A stretch of DNA of 64,000 nucleotides from an uncultured beta proteobacterium. Lineage in GTDB: Bacteria > Pseudomonadota > Gammaproteobacteria > Burkholderiales > Burkholderiaceae_D. Below the pieces are notes generated by a model. The model was not told the DNA's origin, made no database searches, and saw only the letters and a list, made by a program, of their open reading frames with translations. Of this stretch, positions 20,775-32,495 are shown piece after piece (within the stretch, counting starts at the first letter, position 1; each line of letters starts with the position of its first letter). The stretch spans positions 202,752-266,751 of the forward strand of contig CAVPMM010000008.1 of assembly GCA_963706525.1 (NCBI GenBank). Direction: 5' to 3'. A program made the position numbers and the translations under genes.

Positions 20775-22766
20775 TTATCCCGCAGGCCAGGCGCAGTCGG
20801 TATAACTGGCCGCCACCGCCGGCGGAATCGGGGCATCGATCGCGGCGCACAGCGCGCGCAGCACGTCGGCGCTGCCCAGCGACAGCGGCGCGCCTTCGGT
20901 GGCCGCCACCGCCAGCCACGCCTTGACCAGATGTGGCTTGGCCAGCGGCGCCAGCTGGTTGGCACGCTCCAGCGCGGCGCGCACGGCGGCAAAACCGACC
21001 GCCGCCGCCGGCTGGAAGTCCTGCGCCGTCAATGCCAGTTCCGGACAGCGCGCGGCGCCCTCCAGGAAGCGCGCCAGCGCCCCCGGTTCGACCCTGGCCT
21101 GGAGCGTCGGTTCAAGCGCCGGCATTGCCGCCACGTGCGCCACCAGCGACAGCAGCTGCGCCGCCTCGGCCCGCAGCCCCTTGAGGTCGGAAAAACGCAC
21201 CCGCACCGCGCGCCCGGCATGGGGAGCTAGACGGCGCAGCAACACGGTTTGCACCACGAATTCGGCCAGCGTGATGCGGGAATCGGCGGCGATCAACTGC
21301 TCGGCGGTGGCCAGCAAGGTGGTGCGCTGCGGCGCCGACAACTGGCGCAGGGCCGGCATCGCCAGATCGAGCAGCGGCAGGCGCGCGCTTTTCGGCAACT
21401 GCTCGAGCGCCTGCGCCAGATAGGCGGCCAGCTTGGCTTCCTGCGGCTGGGCCGCCGCCAGCAGTGTCATCTGCGGCGGCCGTTGCGCCGCCGGCCCGAG
21501 CAGCAAGGCATACACCAGCGCACACGCGGCCTGCGGCTCGTGCAATGCGTTGCTGAGTTCGATCGGCAAGGCCGACGGTGGCGCCGCGTGATGGCCGAAT
21601 TCGACCGAGGGCGTGGCCGGCGAGGCCATCGCTGACGATGCCGACGCGGCCGCCGACATGGCAGCGGCGGCCGGCACGAAATACGGGATGTCCGGCAGCA
21701 TCGGCTCGGCCGCCGACGGCGGCTCGGGGATTTCCGGCGCGTCCAGCAGCTCGACGCTGCGGCCGTAAATCCGCCGCAGCCGTTCCGCCAGCGGCGGATG
21801 GGTCGCCAGCCAGCCGCCCGCCAGACGCGGCTGCGCCGCGCCAAGGAACAGGTGCGACAGCTGTTCCGCATTCGGATGCGCGATGCGCGAACCGAGGCCG
21901 GTGCTGCGCGACAGGCCGCCGATCTTGCGCAGCGCGCCGCCGATGCCGTCCGGGTTGCGCGTGAATTGCACCGCGCTGGCGTCGGCCAGGAATTCGCGCT
22001 GGCGCGACACCGCGGCCTTGATCATCCGTCCGAAGAAAATCCCGATGTAGCCGACCACGAACAGCACGGCGCCGATCGCCATCAGCACCAACTGCAGCGG
22101 CGGCCCCTTCTCGTCGCGGCCACGCCGGCCCCAGACGCGGGCGCCGAATTCGAACAGGGTGCGGCCGAATCCGGCCACCATCTGGATCCCGAACAGCACG
22201 CCGATCAGGTTCACGTTCAGACGCATGTCGCCGTTCAGGATATGGCTGAATTCATGCCCGACCACGCCCTGCAATTCGTCACGATTCAGGCGCTGCAGCG
22301 CGCCGCGCGTGACCGCGATCACGGCTTCGTTCGGATTGTGACCGGCGGCGAAGGCATTGATCGCCTCTTCCTTGTCCAGCACGTAGACCTTGGGACAGGC
22401 GATGCCGGCCGCCAGCGCCATCTCCTCCACCACGTTCAGCAGCCGCCGTTCCGCCAGGTCACGCGCGGCCGGCGCCAGCGGCCGGCCGCCGGCCATGCGC
22501 GCCACCGCGTCGCCGCCGTCGCGCAGGTTCCAGGTCTGGATCAGGGTGCCGCCGCCGATCAGCGCCAGCGTGACGAGGGTGTTGGTGGCGAAAAAGCCGG
22601 CCGGATATGCATGGACGCCCGCCAGCGGCTGGCCGTTGGCCCAGATCCAGATCAGCGCCAGCACCAGGTTGACCGCGGCGACGATGGCGAGCACCGCCAG
22701 CGCGAACAGCAGCACCAGCGTTTTGGTCTGGCGCCGTGCCTGCTCCTGCTGTCCGAAGAAATCCAT
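20775..22766 (-). CDS. M48 family metallopeptidase (HtpX-like) with a long Ala/Pro/Leu-rich C-terminal domain
   Basis: 663 aa. N-terminal TM, HEFSH (HExxH) zinc motif, downstream REFLADASAVQFTRNPDGIGGALRKI. It lies immediately downstream of lemA. Confidence 0.8.
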   Translation of the reverse strand: MDFFGQQEQARRQTKTLVLLFALAVLAIVAAVNLVLALIWIWANGQPLAGVHAYPAGFFATNTLVTLALIGGGTLIQTWNLRDGGDAVARMAGGRPLAPAARDLAERRLLNVVEEMALAAGIACPKVYVLDKEEAINAFAAGHNPNEAVIAVTRGALQRLNRDELQGVVGHEFSHILNGDMRLNVNLIGVLFGIQMVAGFGRTLFEFGARVWGRRGRDEKGPPLQLVLMAIGAVLFVVGYIGIFFGRMIKAAVSRQREFLADASAVQFTRNPDGIGGALRKIGGLSRSTGLGSRIAHPNAEQLSHLFLGAAQPRLAGGWLATHPPLAERLRRIYGRSVELLDAPEIPEPPSAAEPMLPDIPYFVPAAAAMSAAASASSAMASPATPSVEFGHHAAPPSALPIELSNALHEPQAACALVYALLLGPAAQRPPQMTLLAAAQPQEAKLAAYLAQALEQLPKSARLPLLDLAMPALRQLSAPQRTTLLATAEQLIAADSRITLAEFVVQTVLLRRLAPHAGRAVRVRFSDLKGLRAEAAQLLSLVAHVAAMPALEPTLQARVEPGALARFLEGAARCPELALTAQDFQPAAAVGFAAVRAALERANQLAPLAKPHLVKAWLAVAATEGAPLSLGSADVLRALCAAIDAPIPPAVAASYTDCAWPAG

Positions 22767-22837
22767 GGGGTGACGGTGAGCGCGGGCGTCAGGCGCGAAG
22801 CCGCCGCGGAGGGCGCTTCAGCGCCGGCCCGGCGCTA

Positions 22838-23427
22838 TCAGAAACTGACCTTGACCGGCTGCCGTTCCTGCGGCGATTCGGTGGCTTCCAGCAATTGCGC
22901 CGGGGCGAAAGCGAACATGCCGGCGATGACCGAACTGGGGAACAGCTGCAACGCCGTGTTGTATTCGGTGACGCCGTCGTTATAGGCCTGGCGCGCGAAG
23001 GCGATGCGGTTTTCGGTGCTGGTCAGCTCTTCGGTGAGCTGCATCATGTTCTCGTTGGCCTTGAGGTCGGGATAGGCTTCCGACAGCGCGAACAGCTTGC
23101 CCAGCGTCGCCGACAGCGCGCCTTCGGCGGCCGCCATCTGCTGCACCGAAGCGGCGTTGGCCGGATCGCCGGCGGCGCGCGCGGTGGCGTGACCGCCTGG
23201 TTGCGCGCGGCGATCACCGCTTCCAGCGTCTCGCGCTCGTGCTTCATGTAGCCCTTGGCGGTTTCCACCAGGTTGGGGATCAGGTCGTAGCGCCGCTTCA
23301 GCTGCACGTCGATCTGGGCGAAGGCATTCTTGAAGCGGTTGCGCAGGTTGACGAAACGGTTATATGCACCGACCGCCCAGAACACCATCAGCAGCGCGAT
23401 GACCAGCAAAATGATCAGAACGATCAT
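22838..23427 (-). CDS. lemA: LemA family protein, one frameshift near 23185
   Basis: N-terminal [80 protein letters not shown]. The C-terminal half ...[57 protein letters not shown] is in the adjacent frame. Confidence 0.75.
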
Positions 23428-23502
23428 GCTTCCCCCGAAAAAAAACCGCCAGACGGATTGTCTGGCGGCCTAAATTAACGTACCCGATACCTAAAAGCAA
23501 GG

Positions 23503-24787
<1,285 letters not shown>

Positions 24788-25162
24788 TCAAGTGCCGATC
24801 ACGTCCTTGAGCCAGGAAATTTCGCCATCGTCGATCGCAATCACGTCGAAGCGGCACGCCGGCGGCGTCCGGTAGCGCTGCAAAAACACTTGCGCCGCCA
24901 ACACCAGCCGTGCCTGCTTGGCCGGCGTCACGCTGGCGGCGGCGCCGCCGTGCCGCAGGTCGGCGCGCCGCCGCACTTCGACGAACACCAGCGCCGCGCC
25001 GTCGCGCATGATGAGGTCGATCTCGCCGCCCTTGCAGCGGAAATTGCGCTCGACCGCTTGCAAGCCGCGCTGCTGCAGGTAGGCCAGCGCCGCGTCTTCG
25101 CCGGCCTGGCCGATGAGCTGGCGGCTGGTGCGCGGACGCCGCAGGATCCGGCCGAAATCCAT
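24788..25162 (-). CDS. yraN: YraN family protein (UPF0102, predicted endonuclease fold)
   Basis: 124 aa with GEDAALAYLQQRGLQAVERNFRCKGGEIDLIMRDGAALVFVEVRRR. Confidence 0.8.
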   Translation of the reverse strand: MDFGRILRRPRTSRQLIGQAGEDAALAYLQQRGLQAVERNFRCKGGEIDLIMRDGAALVFVEVRRRADLRHGGAAASVTPAKQARLVLAAQVFLQRYRTPPACRFDVIAIDDGEISWLKDVIGT

Positions 25163-25235
25163 CAGGCCGGCACCGCCGAAAGCGCCGCAGGGCTTTCGAT
25201 CGATGAGCGATCGAAAAGTGGCGCGCCGTGGCCTG

Positions 25236-25883
25236 TCACTCCGCGGCTTCCTTTTTTTCCTGCCGGTTGTCGGGCGCGAAGCGCGGCAGGTTCCAATGGA
25301 AGCGCAAGGACAGGTAGCGCAAACCGAAGCAGGTCAGGATCGGCAGCCAAGTACTGGTCGCCGCCGGCCAGTCGTAATGCACACCCGCCACCGCGAGCAC
25401 GGCAGCGACCAGCGCCGCCGACGCGTAGATTTCCTTTCGCAGCACCACCGCCACGCGATTGAGCAGCACATCGCGCGCCATGCCGCCGCCCACGGCGGTG
25501 ATGATCCCGAGCAGGATGGCTACTTCCGCATCTTGTCCGAAATGCAGGGCCTTTTGCGCGCCGGAGACCGCGAACAGCCCGAGGCCGGCGGCATCGAACA
25601 GCAGCACCGGCTGTTGCAGCAGGCGCACCAGCGGATAGGCACCGAGGGTCAGCAGCGCCGCACCCACCGCCACCGCCAGATAGCGCCAGTCGGCCAGTCC
25701 GGCGGGTGGCGTGGCGCCGATGCACAGGTCGCGGAAAATGCCGCCGCCGCAAGCGGTGACGAAGGCGATCGTGAGCACGCCGAACAAGTCGAGGCCGCGC
25801 TGGCGCGCGGCCGTGGCGCCGCTGATGGCGAACACGAAGGTACCGGTCAGATCGAGCAGATTGAATGCGAACTGGCCATTCAT
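25236..25883 (-). CDS. trimeric intracellular cation channel family protein (UPF0126, YadS/YicG-like)
   Basis: Two UPF0126 repeats with a GGG motif (FVTACGGGIFRD, ITAVGGGMARDV). The start codon overlaps the upstream stop (ATGA). Confidence 0.7.
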   Translation of the reverse strand: MNGQFAFNLLDLTGTFVFAISGATAARQRGLDLFGVLTIAFVTACGGGIFRDLCIGATPPAGLADWRYLAVAVGAALLTLGAYPLVRLLQQPVLLFDAAGLGLFAVSGAQKALHFGQDAEVAILLGIITAVGGGMARDVLLNRVAVVLRKEIYASAALVAAVLAVAGVHYDWPAATSTWLPILTCFGLRYLSLRFHWNLPRFAPDNRQEKKEAAE

Positions 25884-27143
25884 GCGGCCGACTCGCTGCC
25901 GCACAGCCATGCCGCTGCCGCCGCCAGCATCGCCTGCAGGCCGGCCTTCAGGGTGGGGGCCAGCACCGGCGCGTATTTGGGCGAATGGTTGCTGGGGAGG
26001 GTATTCAGCTGCTTGGCGGCCTTGGCTTGCGCATAGACCTTCGGATCGGTGCCGCCGACGATCCAGAACACGTAGGGCACGTTCCAGCGGCGGCCGCGGA
26101 CGCTGAAATCCTCGCTGGCCGAGGCCGGCGCCGTCTCGTAGGCATTCTCACCGAACTGCGCCTGGAACGCTTGCGCCACGCGGGCGGTGGCGGCGGCGTT
26201 GTCGGTCAGCGGGTAGCTGCTCATGGTGCTGAACTCCGGATCGCGCGGCGCATTCGAAGCATTGCATTCGGCGCAGCAGATGCGCCGCACGGCCGCCAGC
26301 ATGCGCTCGCGCACGTCTTCGTCATAGGTGTGGGTATTCAGCTTGAGCGTGGCGTCGTCCGGGATGATGTTTTCCTTGGTGCCGCCCTGCAGCGCGCCGA
26401 TCGTCAGCACCGCGCTTTGCAGCGGCCCGATCTCGCGCGAGACGATGATCTGCAGCCGCATCGTGGTGGCGGCCGCCATGATCACTGGATCGATCGAAAT
26501 CTGCGGTTGCGAACCGTGCGAGCCGCGCCCGAACAACTTGACCTTGAGGCTGTCGCCCGCGGACAGAATGATGCCGCTGTGGTAGCCGACGGTGCCGGCG
26601 GCACCGACCATGACGTGCTGGCCGAGGATCACGTCCGGCTTCGGAAAGCGCTCGGCCATGCCGTCGTCCATCATGCCTTGCGCGCCGCGCGACACTTCTT
26701 CGCCCGGCTGGAACACCGCCAGCAGCGTGCCCCGCCACTGCTGGCGCTGCGCCGCCAGCATGCGCGTTGCGCCGATCAGCCAGGTCACGTGAAAGTCGTG
26801 GCCGCAGGAATGCGCCACTCCCACTTCCACGCCTTCGTCGTCCTTGGCCGTGACAGGGCTGGCGTAGGGCAGGCCGGTCGCTTCGGTGAGCGACAGCGCG
26901 TCCATGTCGGCGCGCAGCATCACGGTCGGGCCGTCGCCGTTAGGCAAGATGCCCACCACTCCGGTGCCCAACGCCGGTCGTCACTTCGAAGCCATGCGCC
27001 GCCAGCGCATCGGCCACGATCTTTACGGTGCGCAGCTCATGCACCGATAGTTCGGGATGGCGGTGCAGGTCTTGGTAAATGGCGGTCAGGTCGGGGATCG
27101 AGCGATCGATCTCGGCCTGCGCGGCGGCGATGAAAGGATGCAT
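25880..27143 (-). CDS. M20 family amidohydrolase (hippurate hydrolase/aminoacylase-like), one frameshift near 26960
   Basis: N-terminus MHPFIAAAQAEIDRSIPDLTAIYQDLHRHPELSVHELRTVKIVADALAAHGFEVTTG in one frame. The rest, ...VMLRADMDALSLTE...AHSCGHDFH...GGTKENIIPD, is in the next frame. Confidence 0.7.
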
Positions 27144-27339
27144 AGCAATCCTCCGGAATCGTTAAGGCGCCCGGTCCAGGCCTGCGGGCGGCAAGCAGCG
27201 AATTGCTCCACGGATACTTCGCCGAGGCTCGCGTCCCAAACCGCAAAACAGCAAGTTTTCACTATAGGCGCGGTCGCAGCTTTTTTCCACGGCTTTTTGC
27301 AACAGGGCGTGGCGGCAAGATATTGCCGGCGGACGCAGC

Positions 27340-28563
27340 TCACGGACCGGCCAGCGGTTGCACCTTGCCGTCGCGATAGACCGCCTGCGGCTCGATGCGC
27401 CGGAAGCCGGGCGCGCTGTCACCGAAGCTGACGGCGAGCTTGCCGGTGACGCCGTCGATGCCGAAGTTCGTGCTGCCGGCGGCGATGGCGCGCGCCACCC
27501 GATAGGCGTCGATGCCGAGCGCGTACAGCCGCTCCAGGTCGGCGCTGTGCTTGCGCTCGGAGTCGGGCAGCGGATGCGGATACACCATCACCGCCGGATG
27601 GTCGCGCTGCAGCTGCCAGGGGATATCCACCAGCCGCACGCCGTTAAGTTCATTGACCGGCTCGGCGGCCGCCCAGTCGGACGGCGTCAGCGGGTTCAGC
27701 TGCGAGGTGCCATACAGTGGGATCTCGTCGCCGACCGCCACGCGCAGCTGCTTGGCCTGCTGGGCATCGAGCGCGACGAACAGCGCCTCCGGCTGTTCCG
27801 CCGCGATCCGCTGCTTCAGCTGCGCCAGCCCGCTCGGGCTGACATAGCCGCTGACCAGGCTCAGCTCCATGGCCTGGACGGCCAGCCCGGCCTGGCGCGC
27901 CTGCGCGGCGAAAGCACGGGCGGCGCGCTGCTGCCAGGCGCTGCCGGTGGAAACCACGAAGGTCTTTGCGCCCGGACGGGCAACGCCTATCCAGTCGGCG
28001 ACCTGGCGCGCCTCGTCCTCCAGCGACAGCCCCACCACCAGCATGCGCGGCGGCAGCGCCGGCTCGGCCTCGCTGCCGGGCGCTTGCGGTGCCGACAGCG
28101 CGATGGTGGGCCGGCTCACCGTGCCGCTCTGCGCCACGGCGGCGACATCGGCGCGCGACAGCGGTCCGATCACGATATCGAATTTGCCGACCGCCGCCGC
28201 ATAGGCGGACAGCACGTCCTGCGCAGCGTCGCCGCTCTCCAGCACGTCCACCGTGACGCCGGCCGCCTCGCGCTCGTGGCCGGCCAGCACACCGGCGCGC
28301 ACCGCCTGCGCCGCCGCGCCCAGCGTGGGCGAACGCAGCGGCAACAGCAGCGCCATCCGGATCGCTGCCGGCGCCGACGTCGGTCCGGCCAGCGGATCGG
28401 TCGGCACCATCGTGCCGGTCGGCGGCCCCAGCGGCCCCGTGTCGGGAGCGGCGTTCTGCGCCAGCGGCGCGGCGCCGGCCGCGGTTGTGTTTGCCTGCGC
28501 GGCGGCGCACAATCCGCATAGCAGCCACGCCAGCCCCAGAGCTTTCCAAGATCCGACCCACAT
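27340..28563 (-). CDS. penicillin-binding protein activator LpoA-like lipoprotein (type-I periplasmic binding fold)
   Basis: ORF 27340..28635 trimmed to MWVGSWKALGLAWLLCGLCAAA (lipobox). It is divergent from rsmI as lpoA(yraM) is in E. coli. Confidence in the specific LpoA function is moderate. Confidence 0.6.
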   Translation of the reverse strand: MWVGSWKALGLAWLLCGLCAAAQANTTAAGAAPLAQNAAPDTGPLGPPTGTMVPTDPLAGPTSAPAAIRMALLLPLRSPTLGAAAQAVRAGVLAGHEREAAGVTVDVLESGDAAQDVLSAYAAAVGKFDIVIGPLSRADVAAVAQSGTVSRPTIALSAPQAPGSEAEPALPPRMLVVGLSLEDEARQVADWIGVARPGAKTFVVSTGSAWQQRAARAFAAQARQAGLAVQAMELSLVSGYVSPSGLAQLKQRIAAEQPEALFVALDAQQAKQLRVAVGDEIPLYGTSQLNPLTPSDWAAAEPVNELNGVRLVDIPWQLQRDHPAVMVYPHPLPDSERKHSADLERLYALGIDAYRVARAIAAGSTNFGIDGVTGKLAVSFGDSAPGFRRIEPQAVYRDGKVQPLAGP

Positions 28564-28575
28564 CGCCATCTCCTG

Positions 28576-29481
28576 ATGACCCACGACGCTTCCGATTTCG
28601 CTGCTGCCTCGCCCTTGATGCGCGAGGTGGCGCAACAGACCTATCCCTTGTCGGCATTATATGTGCTGGCCACGCCCATCGGAAACGTCGGCGACATCAG
28701 CCTGCGCGCGCTGCACGCGCTGACTCTGGCGGATGCCGTCGCCTGCGAGGACACGCGCAACACCGGCCATCTGCTGGCGCGCTACGGGCTGTCGAAACCG
28801 CTGATCGCCGCGCACGAGCACAACGAGCGCGAGGTGGCCGAGAAAATCGTGGCGCGCCTGCAAGCGGGCGAGCGCATCGCGCTGGTGTCCGATGCCGGCA
28901 CGCCGGCCGTGTCCGACCCCGGCGCGCGCATCGTCGACGCCGTGCTCAAGGCCGGCTTGCGCGTGCTGCCGCTGCCGGGCGCCTCGGCCGCGATCGCGGC
29001 GCTGTCGGCCGGCGGCCTGGTCAACGAGCGTTTTTATTTCGTCGGCTTCCTGCCGGCCAAGGCCAGGCAGCGCGAGAGCGCGCTGGCGGCGCTGCGCGCC
29101 ATCCCGGCGACGCTGGTGCTGTATGAGGCGCCGCACCGCATCATCGAGACCGTCGCGGCGCTCGCCACCGCGTTCGACGGCGCCCGGCAAATCGTGTTCG
29201 CGCGCGAACTGTCCAAGCTGTTCGAGGAAATCCACCGCTGTCCGCTGGCCCAGGCCGGCGCCTGGCTGACGGCCGATCCGCACCGGCAAAAGGGCGAGTT
29301 CGTATTGCTGGTGGAAGGCGCAGCGGCCGCCGACGACGCCGGCGCCGCCGAAGCCGAACGCATCCTGCAGATCCTGCTGACCGAGTGCACGGTCAGCCAG
29401 GCGGCGGCGCTGACCGCGCAAATCACCGGCCAGAAAAAAAACGCGCTGTACCAGCGCGCCCTGGAAATTCGGGGAAATTAA
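28576..29481 (+). CDS. rsmI: 16S rRNA (cytidine1402-2'-O)-methyltransferase
   Basis: ALYVLATPIGNVGDISLRALHALTLADAVACEDTRNTGHLLARYG...LVSDAGTPAVSDPG, a tetrapyrrole-methylase fold typical of RsmI. Confidence 0.85.
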   Translation: MTHDASDFAAASPLMREVAQQTYPLSALYVLATPIGNVGDISLRALHALTLADAVACEDTRNTGHLLARYGLSKPLIAAHEHNEREVAEKIVARLQAGERIALVSDAGTPAVSDPGARIVDAVLKAGLRVLPLPGASAAIAALSAGGLVNERFYFVGFLPAKARQRESALAALRAIPATLVLYEAPHRIIETVAALATAFDGARQIVFARELSKLFEEIHRCPLAQAGAWLTADPHRQKGEFVLLVEGAAAADDAGAAEAERILQILLTECTVSQAAALTAQITGQKKNALYQRALEIRGN

Positions 29482-29654
29482 GATCCGGCCGCCGAATCCT
29501 GCGGCGTCCTGTTTTGCCTCGGCAATAAGGCCAGCAGCGCGCGTGGCGCCGCGACATCCGGTCTTGCGCGCCCCGCTTGCGGCATGGCATGAATCGCAGT
29601 AAAAACAGGCATCGGGCGTGCGGGATCGGATCGCGCCCTGCAAAGGAGGCTCGC

Positions 29655-30230
29655 ATGCTCAGTGCGCAACCGCTGCTGGTCAGGACCAGCCTCGACAGGC
29701 TGCAGCCCACCCAAATCACGGTCGGCAAGGCCGAGGTCGCGCAAAAGCGCCAGGATTGGAGCCGGTTGAACAAGAAGACGCGCAGCGCGGTGCTGGAGCA
29801 GCACTGGTTTCCCGGCATCGCCGGGCCGGACGACCGCCAGTACATCATCGACCACCATCATTTCGGCTTGGCCTTGCTGGAGGAAAGCGTCAAATCCGTC
29901 TGGCTGGTGATCCTCAAGGACTTGTCGCCGCTCGATTCCACCACTTTCTGGAGCATGATGGATCACATGCAATGGGTCCATCCCTACGGCGCCGACGGCC
30001 TAAGGCACGGCTTCGACGCGCTGCCGGCGCGCCTGGACCAGATGCAGGACGACCCGTTCCGCAGCTTGGCCGGCGCCCTGCGCCGCGCCGGCGGCTTTGC
30101 CAAGGACATCGTTCCGTTCAGCGAATTCCTGTGGGCCGACTTCTTGCGGCGCCGGATCGCCGCCCCCTTGCTGCAAAAGGATTTCGCCAAGGCGAGCCGC
30201 AAGGCGTTGGTGCTCGCGCATAGTCGGTAG
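29655..30230 (+). CDS. ParB-like nuclease domain protein (ParB/Srx superfamily, ParBc_2-type)
   Basis: ORF 29577..30230 trimmed to MLSAQPLLVRTS..., preceded by AAGGAGG 5 nt upstream. Motifs ITVGK ... QHWFPG ... DDRQYIIDHHH. Confidence 0.6.
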   Translation: MLSAQPLLVRTSLDRLQPTQITVGKAEVAQKRQDWSRLNKKTRSAVLEQHWFPGIAGPDDRQYIIDHHHFGLALLEESVKSVWLVILKDLSPLDSTTFWSMMDHMQWVHPYGADGLRHGFDALPARLDQMQDDPFRSLAGALRRAGGFAKDIVPFSEFLWADFLRRRIAAPLLQKDFAKASRKALVLAHSR

Positions 30231-30267
30231 GCATCCTACCTGCCCGGCTGGGTCAGCGCCGCCGCGC

Positions 30268-30846
30268 TCACATCTGCCAGCGCAGCCACGTAAACAGCAC
30301 GTTGCCGTTGCCATTACCGCCGGGAATGTAGGTGGCTTGAATCGCCAGCCGCCCGTATTCGAGCGACACCAGCGGCAACAGCAGCGGGAACGGAATGTAG
30401 CGGTAATCGGCGCGCGCGGTCACGCCCAGCGTGAAGCCGGCGCCCAGTCGCAAGGCGCCGGCCGGACGCCAGATTTTCTGGTAGGCATAGCCAGCGATCG
30501 GTTCGATGTCATTGTGCGATTCGAGAAAGGCCATGGCATACAGCGCGTGCCAGTCGCCATCGGCGTCGTAGCGATACTTGCCGATGCCCAGCCCCCAGGG
30601 ATGCTTGTTGAACGAGTCGATTTTTTGCTCGGTGTAGGCAGCGGGGTTGTGCCAGATGTTGACCGGCACGTAAAGCTCGTATCGGTCCGAGCGCCAGGTG
30701 CTGGCGACCGTCTTTTGAAATTCCGCCCATCTGGAGGCGAAGGCCGCCGAGGCTGCGTTCGCGTCCCCATCCTCGGCAGGCGCCGCCGCCGGCGCCAACA
30801 CGGCGGCGCACAGCGCGACGCGGCACCAGAGCGGGGAAAAAACCAT
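30268..30846 (-). CDS. pagP: lipid A palmitoyltransferase PagP
   Basis: 192 aa with a signal peptide. Strong similarity to E. coli PagP over the barrel: WHALYAMAFLESHNDIEPIAGYAYQKIWRP ... GAGFTLGVTARADYRYIPFPLLLPLVSLEYGRLAIQATYIPGGNGNGNVLFTWLRWQ. Confidence 0.85.
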   Translation of the reverse strand: MVFSPLWCRVALCAAVLAPAAAPAEDGDANAASAAFASRWAEFQKTVASTWRSDRYELYVPVNIWHNPAAYTEQKIDSFNKHPWGLGIGKYRYDADGDWHALYAMAFLESHNDIEPIAGYAYQKIWRPAGALRLGAGFTLGVTARADYRYIPFPLLLPLVSLEYGRLAIQATYIPGGNGNGNVLFTWLRWQM

Positions 30847-30965
30847 GGCTTTGACGTTTCATGACGGATTGAAACGCCCAAAGCGTACTGCAGGGCGGCG
30901 GCAGGCGATTTGACTTCCGACAAGTATTGCCGGAACGGAGAAGATGTCGCCCAAAAAATCGCCTA

Positions 30966-31667
30966 TTACCCGGAGCGCGTCGATCCGCTCATAGCATCGT
31001 TCTCGCGGTGCGGCCGATCCGGCGGCGGCGCGCCGTCACGATATCCCAGCTGTTGCGCCACGAAGCCGTCGAACGCCTGCAGCAAGGCCTGGTATTTTTC
31101 CTCCGCGCGCTCGATTGCCATCAGGGCATGGCAGGCGGCTTCCAGGGTCGAAAGCTGACCGGCTTGATGCGCCTGCCGGATCCGGTAGCGCGACGCCGGC
31201 GCATCGTGCAGCGGCAGGCGCGGCAGTTGCTGCAGCAACGGATTTTGGTACAGCATTTTCCGGCTTTTGCGCCAAGTCCCATCCAGTACCACCAGCCGCA
31301 GGCGGGCCGGCTCGCGCAATGCCGCCGGGTCCAGCGGCGGTGGCGGCGGCATGCCGGGGCTGTCCGGGTACAGCAAGACGGCGACCGGACTGCCGGCCGG
31401 CTGGTCGTGCTGGCCCTGCGCCAGCGGCTGCTGCAGCATGGTCCGCAGCTCCTGCTCGGCAAACACTTCACCGGTGTGCAGCTGGCTGCGCTGCAGGCTC
31501 AGGTGCAGCAGGCGGGCGCTGCCTTTGGCATGATGCACTTCGAGCGGGTGCTGCAGGATCAGCACCTCGGCCTGGTTCCGGGTCGTGGTGACCCAGCGGC
31601 AAATGCATGCTGTTTGCGGCCGCATGCAGCGCGCACAGACGAGGCGTTTGGGGACAGCGGATGGCAT
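30966..31667 (-). CDS. DTW domain-containing protein (tRNA-uridine aminocarboxypropyltransferase TapT/YfiP family)
   Basis: N-terminal CxxC...CxC cluster (CARCMRPQTACIC) and the DTW motif in VVLDGTWRKSRKM. Confidence 0.75.
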   Translation of the reverse strand: MPSAVPKRLVCARCMRPQTACICRWVTTTRNQAEVLILQHPLEVHHAKGSARLLHLSLQRSQLHTGEVFAEQELRTMLQQPLAQGQHDQPAGSPVAVLLYPDSPGMPPPPPLDPAALREPARLRLVVLDGTWRKSRKMLYQNPLLQQLPRLPLHDAPASRYRIRQAHQAGQLSTLEAACHALMAIERAEEKYQALLQAFDGFVAQQLGYRDGAPPPDRPHRENDAMSGSTRSG

Positions 31668-31717
31668 GGGGCGATTGTATTACCGCTGCCGCACATGCCG
31701 CATCGCCGAGGCGAACT

Positions 31718-32493
31718 TCAGGCCGGCGGCGGCTGACCGTCCTTGGCGCCGGCCAGCCGCGTGAAGATATCGATCGGTATCGGGAATACGATGGTCGAGC
31801 TCTTGTCGCCGGCGATCGTGGTCAGCGTCTGCAGGTAGCGCAGCTGCATCGCCTGCGGCTGCCGCGCCAGCATCTGCGCCGCCTGCAGCAGCTTTTCCGA
31901 GGCCTGCAGCTCGCCTTCGGCGTGGATGATCTTGGCGCGCCGTTCGCGCTCGGCCTCGGCCTGGCGCGCGATGGCGCGGATCATCGTTTCGTTGATGTCG
32001 ACGTGCTTGATCTCGACCGTCGAGACCTTGATGCCCCAGGCGTCGGTCTGGCTGTCGAGCACGCGCTGGATGTCGAGGTTGAGCCGCTCGCGCTCGGCCA
32101 GCAGCTCGTCCAGTTCGTGCTTGCCGAGCACCGCGCGCAGCGTGGTCTGCGCCAGCTGGCTGGTGGCGTCGAGGAACTTGACCACCTGGATCACCGCTTT
32201 TTCCGGATCGACGACGCGGAAATACACCACCGCATTGACCTTGACCGAGACGTTGTCGCGCGTGATCACGTCCTGCGGCGGCACGTCGAAGCACGACGGT
32301 GCGCAGGTCGACCTCGCACCATCTGCTGCACGACCGGGATCAGCAGGAACAGCCCCGGCCCCTTGACCTTCCAGAAGCGGCCCAGCATGAACACCACGCC
32401 GCGCTCGTATTCGCGCAGGATGCGGATCGACATCGCCAGCAGCAACACGATCAACACGAACAGGATGCCGCCGAATCCGAAGGTCAGTTCCAT
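31718..32493 (-). CDS. SPFH domain / slipin (stomatin-like) family protein, one frameshift near 32290
   Basis: Start [40 protein letters not shown] with an AAGGAG SD. The remainder, ...[34 protein letters not shown]...[34 protein letters not shown], is in the next frame. Confidence 0.75.
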
Positions 32494-32495
32494 GG

